Assembly (NCBI GenBank): GCA_011109175.1 | Contig: RDEW01000001.1 | Span: 561,182 to 625,181, forward strand | From: Dicyema japonicum | Lineage: Eukaryota > Animalia > Dicyemida | Length of the DNA stretch: 64,000 nucleotides | Direction of reading: 5' to 3' | In this document: piece after piece, positions 1 through 11,749 of the stretch | Layout of the letters: every line of letters starts with the position of its first letter | How positions within the stretch are numbered: the first letter of the stretch is position 1 | Program-made: the position numbers and the translations under genes | The notes under the pieces: model-generated | What the model was told of the DNA's origin: nothing | The model's input: the letters and a program-made list of their open reading frames with translations, nothing else | The model's database searches: none

Positions 1-800
1 AAATTCAGCCGTATTCTGCTATGTTTTTTTCTCGCATAGCTCGGTTGGTGTATGTTGATCCACGAAGCCTCCATAGTCTCATACTTCTGATTGTTAATAC
101 AAAGAATATAATCTACTTAATGCAAACAATACTTTGTTTCCTTTTTATTATCTCTGCAGCCAACTCATGTGATTTTGTGTCTGCCAAGAGACTGAAATGC
201 GGGTTACACAGAAACAATCATGAGTAGTGCATCTGACTTGTTGGATCAATCTGGTTCACTTTACTTGAAACACTGGGAGATAATAAATAATATTTTTTAC
301 TTGTTTCATTTAAAACTTTGAATTTTTCTTATTAGAACTTAATGCGGGTTACACAGAAACAATCATGAGTAGTGCATCTGACTTGTTGCATCAATCTGGT
401 TCACTTCACTTGAAACACTGGGTGATAGTAAATAATATTTTTTACTTGTTTCATTTAAAACTTTGAATTTTTCTTATTAGAACTTTACTTCCTGTGGCTA
501 GTTAAGCCTGTTCCTTCGGAATGTGCATTCAGTCGGTATTCAATATTAGTTTAAATGAAAAACATGGCTGAATATTATTAATGATAACTTAGACGTGCAA
601 AAACTTTTTTGCATGAGTCATCTGAATCTATTGTTAATTTGGTTTGAATCAATGGTTTGAAACTAAAATTTGAATTCATCGTCAATGCTGATTATAGATG
701 AAAGTAATGTCGAATGTAAATCCCCAATCGTAGATAGAAGCGCAATTGGAGTGATTTTAGCATGGAGTAGACTGACACAATATACAAAAATTGAAGTAAC
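1..800 (-). mobile_element. Possible heavily decayed Penelope-like element remnant (RT C-terminus/GIY-YIG-like end)
   Basis: Minus-strand broken frames, e.g. ETMEASWINIHQPSY near 30-110, loosely resemble the end of a GIY-YIG domain. Many stops; weak resemblance only. Confidence 0.2.
196..485. repeat. 145-bp tandem duplication (2 copies, few SNPs)
   Basis: aatgcgggttacacagaaac...ttattagaact at 196-340 and 341-485. Confidence 0.9.
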
Positions 801-829
801 TTAGATAATTATTAAACTATCAAAGTAAG

Positions 830-1123
830 CTAAAGGAAGGCAGAACACCACTCAGTCAAGCAATCGAAGGATCTCTTAGCAAAATGATTATTTGCCTCAA
901 ACTCCATTTTCATCCAATCAAGGAACGACTGCTCGTCCTTGTCCAGCACTAAAAATTGGCCAAGTAAGTGAAAACACTTCGGTTATAAATACTTTACCTT
1001 TGAGAATCCCTTGTCAATCATCCGGTCTCCAATGACATCCCCTATTCCAGCCATTTGCTTTATCTCTTTGTCCCCCATTGGTTCGGAAACAAAATCTTGA
1101 TGTTTTTGGCTCGTATTTGACAT
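830..1123 (-). CDS. BANF1: Barrier-to-autointegration factor (BAF), 90 aa, one 21-nt intron (977-997)
   Basis: Spliced translation is [42 protein letters not shown]|[48 protein letters not shown]. It matches the BAF signatures TSQKH.DFV.EPMG, GIG, LGQFLVL and C..CL.EWC.AFL. Intron is gtaaagtatttataaccgaag. Absent from the ORF track. Confidence 0.96.
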
Positions 1124-1239
1124 ACAATAAGGTTAAAATTATTGCGGCTATTTATTTCAAATTTAATTTTTTTATTATTATAACAAAATAATTATTTAAA
1201 AAAATAATTAAATTGATATAGGGAGCTTAATGATAATAA

Positions 1240-2060
1240 TAACAATATAGGGAGTTTGAATAGCCATGTTGTCTCCTCTGAAAAAGCTATCGAGGTGAGC
1301 TCTCGAAGCCAACCAGTCTCAGGTGGTGACTCTTTGGATCATAAAGCAAATTTGACATACTAGATCGTCCGCTTGTGGGCCAAGGATTCCTGGCGTCTCA
1401 ACAGCAAATGGGACAAACAAATGATCTTGTGAAATGCTTCGGTACTTCCTTCTCTTCTGATCCTCGGCTTGTATAGAGCATGACCTAGGTTTGAGACTTA
1501 AGCGGCCAAATTTTTCGAAGTGTATGCATCAAACACACGTAGCATCCCAAACCAGGTTCCGACCATTAGCAAATAAGAATATTGTNCACGTAGCATTTCA
1601 AACCAGGTTTCGACCATTAGCAAATAAGAATATTGTCCCGTGTGTTTTCAATCACCAGTTCAGATCACGGGTGAGACCAGTCTACTCCAAAATACAGTGA
1701 TGGCTAGCAGAAAAAAGTGTACTTTTTGATATGTCTTGGGAAATGTCGCTCAACCTGCATGTCAGTGAATGGTAGCCATATAGATTGATCAAACATCCAT
1801 AACGACATTTTCGCTCCACACACATATTAAGTCCAGGACTCAACGAAGTGGCTATTCTCATTGCCTCATCATCCAGCAAGTTGCCAATCTCGACACTCAT
1901 CTAGGCACCTGCTGAATGTCAGCTAGCCGTTTTAAGACATGCAAGTCTTCTTGGATCCTCAATATTCTCAAGTTGGTCACTCTTTTTTCCAATGACATGT
2001 CTCGGATACGCTATCTAACTATTTCTGCCCCCGGAACATTAAGATATAAATCCTTCCACA
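1240..2060 (-). mobile_element. CRE-clade-like non-LTR retrotransposon, 3' part (CCHC + restriction-like endonuclease), decayed
   Basis: Minus frames read LLDDEAMRIATSL..LNMC...C..GC....GYHSLTC, then NGRNLV.DATCV and AEDQKRRKYRSISQDHLFVPFAVETPGILGP. Contains a 51-bp duplication around the n at 1586. Confidence 0.78.
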
Positions 2061-2995
2061 CGTCCACTACTCTCGATGGTAGATACATTCAGTCCGGAAT
2101 AAGAGAGCTGATTAATTAAAATTATTTTTGTTTACCTTAAATTCTTTATGAATTATTGAACTAATAATAAGTTAGAATTGTAATAATTTTATTTACTTTC
2201 GATGGTCAAATATTTTGTTTCATCACTGCGTGGTGCTACGTGGCTAATTGGTTGAAGTTTCTGTTTGTTCGTCCGTTCCTCCACTCTCTTCCTATTAGAG
2301 TGGCGTCATGTGATCCACCTTTCTAGGTGGCGCCCAGTGCCAGGCCGGCACTAAAAATGATCATTTGCTCTCACCCACTCCACTGGAGGGGTTTCCACAA
2401 CTGCAAGTTTGGACGTCTTACCCTTTATGCTGATTCCGGATGGACTCTGTAGAAGTGGAAACTGGATACACTTAATTAGTTGTTTACTTTAACTTCTTTC
2501 TCGGTGTATCCGGGGTTATTAAATTAAAAAATCGTGATTTCGCTAAATCATTGAATATTAATTTGAAAATGCTCAATCTCTGATAATAAAAAAACTTTAA
2601 AGAGCTACCGCATTGAAATAAGGCTGAGGCTTAGAGACAGTTCTAAGGTTAATGAATTGACTAAAAATATTTATTCTCAGTCTGAATGCCAAGTCAGCCA
2701 GCGAGAGTGGCATACACATAAATGGCAGATTAAATATATGGAAAAGACGTTGTCCAGTTATTATCATAACAAACGGATTGATTTACGGTGATGTGAGAAC
2801 ACATGTGGATGTCTTTCGATTGTAATAGTCCAACATGAATGGCAACTTCCTGGTAACAGTCCTTACATCGGAAGAGGACAATCTTCATCCGTCGTGTCGT
2901 TTGTAATCGCGACGGGAAAGACTAGCGTAATGCCTCGGTTTGGGGCTCCAGAAATTTTCCAAATTTGGAAGTTAATGTTGGAAAATAGACTCAAA

Positions 2996-3196
2996 ATGAA
3001 AAATGCCCCGAAACGGGGTCGGACTGTAATAATATTAATAATGGTAATCAGTCCAGCATATCACATATTTCCAATCAAATTTTACTACATTTTAATGAAA
3101 AATGCCCTGAAACGGGGTCGGACTGTAATAATATTAATAATGGTAATCAGTCCAGCATATCACATATTTCCAATCAAATTTTACTACATTTTATGA
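2996..3196. repeat. 99-bp tandem duplication
   Basis: aatgaaaaatgccc(c/t)gaaacggggtcggactgta...ttttactacatttt twice. The ORF-track peptide repeats with a 33-aa period. Confidence 0.9.
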
Positions 3197-3269
3197 AAAA
3201 TCAATGTGTATTTTCTAATATTTGAACCGAAAAATCATTATTATAAACAATCTTCATTATGTATGATTA

Positions 3270-3600
3270 GTAAAAGCCCCACTGCATGGATATTCTCTCT
3301 CTTTCAAAATAGTAAGCCAATTTGCTTGAATAGCCAGAGATGTTCACGAAAATCGTCCTAACGCACTGAAATCTGACAACCAAATCGATTAAGAAATTCC
3401 ACTGTCGTGGGTCTTATGGCAACACAAGTTTCTTCAGCGAGTGGAATATTTATCTGGTCAGCATACTTATCTTCACATGGAGAATTTTAGATTTGATAAG
3501 AGCATTATTCAAACCAGAATCCTTCCATCAGGAAGAGAGCAATGTGGAATGGAACAAACACCTAATCACAACAGAACTAACCACTTGCCGTCCGTTTCTA
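3270..3600 (-). mobile_element. CRE-like RLE-domain 3' fragment
   Basis: Minus frame ...TTVEFLNRFGCQISVR*DDFREHLWLFKQIG resembles the CRE C-terminal F...LG..I....D.RE..WL.Q.I motif. Confidence 0.5.
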
Positions 3601-3644
3601 GAAGGATTATTTTTATTATTTATTTAACCCAAAACCACGGTAAA

Positions 3645-6070
3645 ACCGAACTAATTATTATGTGATCCCGATGCATTCTAACAGAGACCTCATCCTTCCT
3701 TGCCCGGTGTTCTTCCTTCGTGCCCGCGCATTAAAGTACTGGACGGCTTCCTGAATTTTCAGAGCTATTTTCCCGGGATCGAGTCTACTCTCATATGGGC
3801 CTCCAGAGGCGTAGGTCCGGTTCGGTGATCTTCAAAAATCCAACGCTCCGTTACTCTGTAAGCCCTCTTTTGCATTTCCTCAATTTTCCTCATATTTGTC
3901 CAAGATATGGACGGACCCCACGAAGCGCATGTATATATAAAACATGTCTCGATGTACTGTTTGTACACGTTCATCAAGACTGGGTGAGTACCACTCTTCC
4001 ATGTTATGTTGTCCAATTAAGTCGTGTCCGAACCTTGGAGATCTCATGAACGAGTTTCCTCCACTTTCCCCGATCCGTTGCAATTTGGAGTAGCCTTGAT
4101 ATAGGCTTCCCCGTAACGTCTTCCACCGTGGATAGCCACCGTAAAATTGCTCAGCATACTGGTTCTTTCCAGGAAATCAGAGCGGACAACATACCCAAAG
4201 AACGCCAATCTGTGTTTTACGATTCTTTCTTCTAGCGAAATGAAAGAATCTTCTCCATATTCATATAAACTTTTCAATACGTTCAGTTTCTTTTCGCATT
4301 TCAATAGAATGTTTTCTACGTGTGGTGTCAGAGATGCATATCAATTGTCATACCCAAGATCCTTTGACGTCTATTGAAANTCGGCCAGGTCTTCTCTTCC
4401 CAGTAAAATTGCTCAGCATACTGGTTCTTTCCAGGGAATCAGAGCGGACAACATGCCCAAAAAACGCCAATCTGTGTTTTACGATTCTTCCTTCTAGCGA
4501 AATGAAAGAATCTTCTCCATATTCCTATAAACTTTTCAATACGTTCAGTTTCTTCTCGCATTTCAATAGAATGTTTTCTACGTGTAGTGTCAGAGATGCA
4601 TATCAATTGTCATACCCAAGATCCTTTGACGTCTATTGAAAGGGATGCCGACCATATTTAATATTTTGTCAGAGGTAAATAGTGACGTAAACGACTTTTC
4701 TGCATTCACCACGATCCGGTTTTCCATTATCCAGGCATTAATCCTGTCCAGGTTGTATTCTTTCTGTGGTCTTCTGGATGTACTGATCTCGCAAAGCCAA
4801 CACAATATCATCCGCATAGAAAAGTAGAACATCATTATCAGATTCAAGAGTTGGGAGATCATCCAGAAAGAGGTTAAACATAGCAGGGGATAAAGGAGAT
4901 CCTTGAAGGACTCCGTTGGGGAGGAGCCGTGAGATTGATTTCAGACCTCCGAGGCAAACACGTCTCCTTCGTCCACTTAGGAACTTAATGATCCAAAGCT
5001 TTAGCTATCCACATTTTGAATAGCTTTCCATACCTCTCCCGTAGTGAGATTTCTATTTACCACTGTAAGCACACGATTACACTTCAGCCTCTGGGCCATG
5101 AGCTCTTTTGCCTTTATTTCATTATTCAATGTTCTGATCCAGTTTCATATCCAAGGTTATCCGGTTAGATTTTTTAAGCTGATTTCTTTCTTTAATCCGT
5201 CTTCCCTCAACCACTCGACGAATTTAAGTAATGTTTGGGTATAGCCCTTGATCTTGCTTCCAAGATTATTTGGGTAAAGTAGCTGATTGCATTCTCCAGA
5301 GAACTGATGGTATTCAATAACAATTCTTCATTTTATATTCTGAGATTTCACGATACAATTTCCAGTTAGCACCTTTGTAATTGTAGCTGCTAGGAATTCT
5401 CCTCACGTTGGCCTCTCTTTTGGTCTTCACCACAATTGGATTATGGTCGCTTCTTGTTTCGTAGAGGACTGACCAATCAATTTTTGATGATAGCGACGAT
5501 GAGCAGAGTGCTACGTCCGGTGAGGTAGGTTTATCTGTCTCTCTTAATGGTGTCCTTGTATTTCTCGATGGATCATTCAATATCGTTAGAGAGTCCGTTT
5601 GCGATAATAATAATTTCCCTCTCATGTCAGCTAGTTGAGTTGACAGCCATAAAGGATCCTTCCCCGCAGATGATGATCTCATCGAAGGAAGACAATCTTG
5701 ATAAGTTTTGCACAACATAGCTCTTCGGACAGGGACCAGGATGTGGAACGTAGATATTCACAAGGCATAGTCTTCCTTCCGTTGTCCCGAGCGAGATTCC
5801 AATTATTTCTGTAACATCATCATCCTCAACAAGTCTCCTCACTTCCGAGGAGATGTCTCTGCATTTCAAGTTCTTTTTGTATAAAGTGAGCAGACTTCCA
5901 TCTCTTTTTTCTTTACGGTCCTTCCTGATAGCTTTGTATCCTGGGAATGTAGGGGTAGGGTCATTAAAAGAGAGTTTGGTATTTTGAATCATCGCAACGT
6001 TAATCTTTTGACAAACCAGGAGTGAGCAGAGTTCCCTGATTTTTCCACCTTTATTTTCCTATAAATAGAA
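3645..6070 (-). mobile_element. I/Jockey-group LINE ('family A') ORF2: APE + RT, decayed, 3' end present
   Basis: APE motifs MIQ.TKL, GYKAIRKDR, SPDVALCS and SDHNPI. RT motifs GVLQGSPLSPAMFNLF and YADD (4807-4818). C-terminal YKQYIE.C..Y.CASWG. Duplication 4147-4378/4405-4638 around the n at 4380. Confidence 0.9.
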
Positions 6071-6179
6071 TTATTCAATTATTTTTTTTATTTTACCTTT
6101 TTACTGCTTTAACATAAATGCCACGTGTTTCACTTGAGAAGAGAATCAAAATCATTGCCTTGGGGTGACTTTCGACATG

Positions 6180-6720
6180 CACATGTCATTCTCATCCCAT
6201 GTTGAAAACATCATAACAAAATGGGAAAAGAAAACCAATGTTTTGAAATGCCTCACAGGCTTCTGGAAGAACTGAAATCATACTGTTTTGAGCACTATAT
6301 ACAAACAATTCATTGAACCATGCATCTCTTACGCATGTGGTATATGGGGCCCATTCATCTCTTGGACAAATGTCTTGAAGATCTAGGCTAGCCAAAAAAG
6401 ATCCTCTAAAATTATGGAACGAAAGTCCCAGCCTCCAATGCCTCTGGAAGTTTGTAGGCCACCCTTCCAAAGGACGTAAAGGGGTGGAGAAGTTCAAACG
6501 GTTCTCTTTATTGAATAACTTGCACCGGGCGCCACCACAACAACAGGTGAACCGCCCAATGCCTCTGGAAGTTTGTAGGCCACCCTTCCAAAGGACGTAA
6601 AGGGGTGGAGAAGTTCAAACGGTTCTCTTTATTGCATAACTTGCACCGGGCGCCACCACAACAACAGGTGAACCGCATGTCGCCACGCTTGTTAAAGACT
6701 GGGATCACCTAATTAGTTAG
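6180..6720 (+). mobile_element. Family A LINE 3' fragment with a 121-bp internal tandem duplication
   Basis: YKQFIEPCISYACGIWG motif. Ends gggatcacctaattagttag (6701-6720). Duplication 6435-6555/6556-6676. Confidence 0.7.
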
Positions 6721-6845
6721 TTTTGACCTATCTTTCTTGGTGGTCTTGCAGTTAAATAAATAAAATTCCTCTGGAATTTTCAATTCGTAAGAACAAAATG
6801 CCGTTGTGACTACGAAGATCCAGTTATTCGGCCGATACATGTTCG

Positions 6846-7120
6846 TATGCGGTCGATGGAGAAGGATCGGACCAAGTTGAGGTCTCTGCTAGAGCGTGCT
6901 GGGATCATTTGATTAACTAGTTTGGTGCAACCGTAGTTTTTTGGTATTAAAAAATAAAATAAATAAATTGGGTCGTTGAGAACGTATGTGGTCGATGGAG
7001 AAGGATCGGACCAAGTTGAGGTCTCTGCTAGAGCGTGCTGGGATCATTTGATTAACTAGTTTGGTGCAACCGTAGTTTTTTGGTATTAAAAAATAAAATA
7101 AATAAATTGGGTCGTTGAGA
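6846..7120 (+). repeat. ~138-bp tandem duplication of a LINE-like 3' end
   Basis: gtatg(c/t)ggtcgatggagaaggatcggacc...gtcgttgagaa twice. Frame RSMEKDRTKLRSLLERAGII*. Confidence 0.75.
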
Positions 7121-7388
7121 AAATAAATAAAATAATTCGGTTGTGTGAGTTATTCTCTGTCTGGTTAGTCTCTGTTTTTAACATTTTTAACATATTCTGT
7201 CTTTTTGTTCTATAGAAGATCTCAATAATTAAAAAAAATAATGGTCCCCAAGTTATTTTGAGTGAAAGCCCTAAGGCAAGCTCCAAAAGATGGTGAAAAT
7301 CGGTCCTCTAATTTTTCACAACTTCCAGAATTGAGTTCTTAGAAAGACATTTTCCATACGTACTTTTGTATTAAATTTTGTAAAATAA

Positions 7389-7653
7389 AACCCTGAAAAA
7401 AAGTTAGAGATTGTAGACCTGGGTATCCTGAGGGCAGACCCAACGGAAATGGGATGTTGTCCTATTTATATGAAAGACCTGTCACCGATATCCCAAGTCA
7501 CTGAATTGAGATGTAAGCACTACTTTCATCATGCCTGCATTTACGAATGGCTCACAGTAATCAATCTCCTTATTGTAGATTGATTATCCCACCAGTTGTC
7601 ATGCTTGTATATGCTGCGTGTCTATTAATCCTGGTGTGTTTTTTCCTGAATGA
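7389..7653 (+). pseudogene. RING-H2 finger fragment with a predicted 22-nt intron (7557-7578); second ligand Cys appears as Tyr
   Basis: Reads CPIYMKDLSPISQVTELRCKHYFHHACIYEWLT|IDYPTSCHAC. Removing gtaatcaatctccttattgtag restores the last CxxC. No clear upstream exon or start. Confidence 0.5.
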
Positions 7654-7809
7654 ATATTATTGCTAGTTTTTGTTAGATTGAGAGTTGGTTGTGAAGATCT
7701 CTTATTGAGGGTTAGTTACTAAAAGATAGAAAGTGACCTTGTGGTGCACATCAGGGTGTCAGATGGATGTGTCTCACACATCACTTAGATAAAGATCCTC
7801 CTGACGTCG

Positions 7810-8560
7810 GGAGATATCAGAATCCTACAACTGAACATTAATGGGATCAAAGCATGCTGAACAGACTATTTGACAAAACACAAAATTTATATTGCTTTTC
7901 TGTAAGAGTCCAGACTATCCATCACCTCACGAACACTATTGCAGACTGCTCAGTACTCCAGTCAGAACGGACAATTGGTCCCATTGTGGGGGGATGGTCA
8001 CCCTCATATATTCTTCCATATCATCACTGACAATATCCAGGACACTCAAGTAATGGATAACCAAAGTAATTACCAGTAACATCATGTCCACAGAACGGAC
8101 AATTGGTCCCATTGTGGGGGGATGGTCACCCTCATATATTCTTCCATATCATCACTGACAATATCCAGGACACTCAAGTGATGGATAACCAAAGTAATTA
8201 CCAGTAACATCATGTCCACTCCTAAACTCTCATTAATATGTACATCCCGACTTCATGATGCCAACCTGGAATTCTTAATCAACTTCAATAACGTTATCAT
8301 GACTTTAATGCTAAGGACCCACTGTGGTATTCGACTCAGTTAACAAACGCCAGAGGAAAACAAATCACCTCAGAACTCGAACACCTTGCATACTGAACAA
8401 CCGCAACCAACACACAAGATGTGGAACTCGTCCCGGGAATCCAACACACATCCCCTGACCTTTCGATATGCTCACCTTCGATCGCATCGCTGATTAGGTG
8501 GAATATTAGATATGACCACTACAGGAAAATGAGTTAGGATAATTTTAAGGCTGAAATAAA
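7810..8560 (+). mobile_element. Family A LINE APE endonuclease region, decayed
   Basis: Motifs RILQLNINGIK, DFNAKDPLWYSTQLTNARGK and PDLSICSPSIAS. 128-bp duplication 7963-8090/8091-8218. Confidence 0.75.
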
Positions 8561-8689
8561 AAAGGCCTTGAAAAACTTCTCTATGTACAAACTCACGAGT
8601 ACTGGTGCATTATAATACCCCCTAAGTAATTTTTCTTATTTTGCTAAAATTAAAAATTTTTAGCGCTAATAGGTTTGTTTAAGTGCCAG

Positions 8690-10295
8690 AAACAACTTGC
8701 TCCACTTATCATTTTAAATCACCATGAGACTGGCGTTGAATGGGACAAAAAAGGGTGACCTTGATATCGGTCTCACACTCCAGAAAAAATAATATTAAAA
8801 AACACTCCCAGAAAAAATAAAAGAAAGAATCACAGTCTTTGATGATGCAGGAAAAGTAATAATCAGCGGCCAGGAATCAGCAGATTAAATTTCCGCTTTC
8901 TGCAAAAAACGACTAAATCTCAATGAACACTCGGAACCGTTCATAGGAATTCCCAGAGACTTAAATTAAAGCAACATGCATTATGACGTCGTTTCAGTCT
9001 AGGGTATGCTCAATAATGGCAGAGCCCCTGGACCGGACAACTTGAATGCAGAATTATTGAAATACGCGCAGACAAGGTGGCTGAGTTAATAGTCCTGAAC
9101 AGGACGTTCAAATCTCACAGTCCAATTGATGCGGGAAATGGCACCTTGATCCCAATTCAGAAACCTGGAAAGGAAAGAGGCAATATAAACAGCTTACGGC
9201 CGATTACACTAATGGATACAATAAGGAAAATACTCTCCCTTGTTGTGCTGGATCGTATTTCGGGCCCTGTAAATGAGCTCCTGAACCCAAGTCATAATGG
9301 ATTCAGTCCTGGAAGGTCGACGGCATACGTTGTATGTTGCCACAGATGGCTGTGTACAATGTGGCAGAAACACAAAGAAGAAATCTCAATCCTTGGAATT
9401 GACTTATCCCGTGCTTTCGACACTATCAACCGCAAGAAGCTAATGCATGTACTGGAGAGTATTCTAGACGAGGATGCATTACGTCTGATCAGATTTTTAC
9501 TCTCCAACACATCAGTGCGCGTGGGAAATTACAACTCAACAAGATTTAAAACCGACACCGGTGCACCACAGAGAGGCTCGTTATCCCCGGTCCTATTCAT
9601 AATATACTCGAATTGTGTTACTAACATGATGAAGTAATCTACATCGCTGATATTGATTTCGTCTGCCGGGATATGGATACGCTGGAAACTATACTAATAG
9701 TGATCCCTAAAGGGTTGGAGGACTGGTCTTTGGTAGTAAACCCAGACAAAATAAAAAGATACGAGGAAAAGTGTAGAACATGCAGCGAAAGTTGGATCTC
9801 TTTTCGAAGGTCGTCATTGACAGGAAAGTTATGGCGGTTGTTTATTTTAACAAATAGTGGGCGTTCTGAATGCGGCGAAAGTACATAGGCACTAACATTC
9901 AATTCCTTTATCGAACCAATTCTACTGGGGCCTAGCCACCTAAGAACTGGAAAACCTTAACTTTTTCCACAGAAAAAATTTCGACTCCTAGGTATCTACT
10001 AGTTAAAACGGATGACCAACGACGAGTTGTACAGAATCACTCGAACACAACAGATTGGGAATAAAGTGACTTGGGCGAAATGGCAGCTCTTTGGACATAT
10101 TTTCGAGCATGACACCGCCCAATCATGACATGGAATCATACTTCTCTATATTAAACAACGTATCGAGGTCGACGAAAAACAACGTTGCCGTCGACTCTTA
10201 GTAAAGAACTCATGTGCATAGGAAGGGAGCTAAAATCTGGAGAGGATCTTGATGATCTGAGATGCATGGCAAAAGTGGAACCTCAATTTAATTAA
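8690..10295 (+). mobile_element. RTE-like LINE ('family B') RT and 3' region, decayed
   Basis: Motifs RAPGPDNLNAELLK, LRPITLMDTIRKIL, GIDLSRAFDTINR, GAPQRGSLSPVLFIIY, a degenerate YADD, and the C-terminal WQLFGHI. Confidence 0.85.
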
Positions 10296-10809
10296 CTTTT
10301 CTGGTTCCGTGGACATTTCTATTAATAATAATAGGAAGAACACTTTGATCCGAATTTCACCAAACTCTTGAATGTGTCCAACAATATCAATATATGAAAA
10401 ATAAATTCAAAAGATTTTATTTGGTAGGAAGTAATGGAAACTCTTAAATCCTATAAAAATTATTCAGCAAATGAAGAAAACTGGAAAAAAAGCTCAGGTA
10501 TTAGAGATCACATATTCTCAATCCCCTTCGAAAGATAGAGAAAGGTTGGGAGAATTGGTAGAGGAATCATCAATAAAATCTGCAATGCAATTGCGACACG
10601 AATCAGAAGCCCCCACGAACGGATATGGTTTTTACTACGTAAAGGAATTTTCATCGTCCAGAGAAAAGCCACTTTATCTATGGAGTTTGAGTTTGATCTG
10701 ATCATAATGTTTTTGAATAAATCTGGTTTACAAAGTACTACAACTTATCAATTTTAACAAAAAATATAATGAAAAAATCCACAGAAAGTTTAGAGAGAAC
10801 GTAATATGC

Positions 10810-11622
10810 TTAAGCAATATGTTCTTTTTGTTTGATATAGTTAATGACACGTGGAGGAATTGGAACATACATTGCTCTAATTTATAAAACAACTGTAAAC
10901 ATTTTTTTAACTGAGTATTCAAACGTTGAAGTGATGCCCACAATAATCGACGAAATTTGCCGCTAAAATTCAAATTAAAAAAAATACCGAATATCTTTTT
11001 GTAGCGAAGGGGACAATCATCATGGAAATGACGCCTAACCCAACGATAACAGGAATACAAAAATATTTAAACAAATATGAGCTTATCCAAATCACCAAAA
11101 AAACCTAATCCGTCAAAAATACCTAAAACCTTCAAACTGAATATCCAGCTTTGGAAGGAAAGAGTAAAATTCGCGTTATCCAGACAACATCGACAAAAGG
11201 AGATCAACTTTGAGCAGATATGGTAGTACTTTTGTTCCCCGACAATAATGTCGTCGATTAAAAGACTATATAATCCACCCCCCAAACCTGCTGTTTATTT
11301 TGTAGTACAAATTGTAAAGTCTCATAACTGCCCCAACAAAGAAAAGTCCCAGTGCAAATTTAGTCAAGCAAAATAGCGCATGAAACATGTAAAAAGAGAT
11401 AGCGATGACCAGGGAGGTTAATAGGAAACAGAGGGAGAACTTTTTGTTTTCCCAGTATAGAAGATCGTAGACTATTTAATGAGAATAATGTGTACAGTTT
11501 TGATCAACTGCGTAGCCGAATATGTGATTTAATTGTGACTGATTGGGTGAATTTGTTATTTTAATTGGCATCCCACGTAAATTATCAACATCTTCATCTG
11601 AATTATGAATGCAGTCAACCAT
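10810..11622 (-). CDS. Reticulon-family protein, 6 exons; introns 11472-11495, 11266-11287, 11105-11129, 10963-10987, 10877-10900
   Basis: Spliced frame gives ...FYDLLYWENKKFSLCFLLTSLVIAIS...SLK|VFLVIWISSYLFKYFCIPVIVGLGVISMMIVPFATKRYS|RQISSII.... This aligns with the reticulon domain (DLLYW..K; SLK...W...Y...L...S...P...R.Q..I). All five introns are GT-AG, 22-25 nt. Confidence 0.8.
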
Positions 11623-11749
11623 GTACAAATTTTATAAAATTATTTTATTTAAATTTAAAAATTTATTTAGTAACATTTATTTTGTTAAAAATGATTATTA
11701 TCTTTTAATTCTATAAATCCTAGGTTTGAATTCTACAATGAAGAACTTA

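Noticed and set aside
2894-3196. ORFs with internal peptide repeats (also 26093-26390, 43453-43990, 50124-50360)
   Set aside because: The repeats come from the tandem duplications, which are probably assembly-derived. They are not repeat proteins.
10471-10701. 76-aa plus-strand ORF
   Set aside because: No recognisable motif or supported exon structure.
11067-11069. In-frame TAA in the reticulon ORF, suggesting stop-codon reassignment
   Set aside because: Resolved by the 25-nt intron 11105-11129, which shifts the frame. All host genes read in the standard code.
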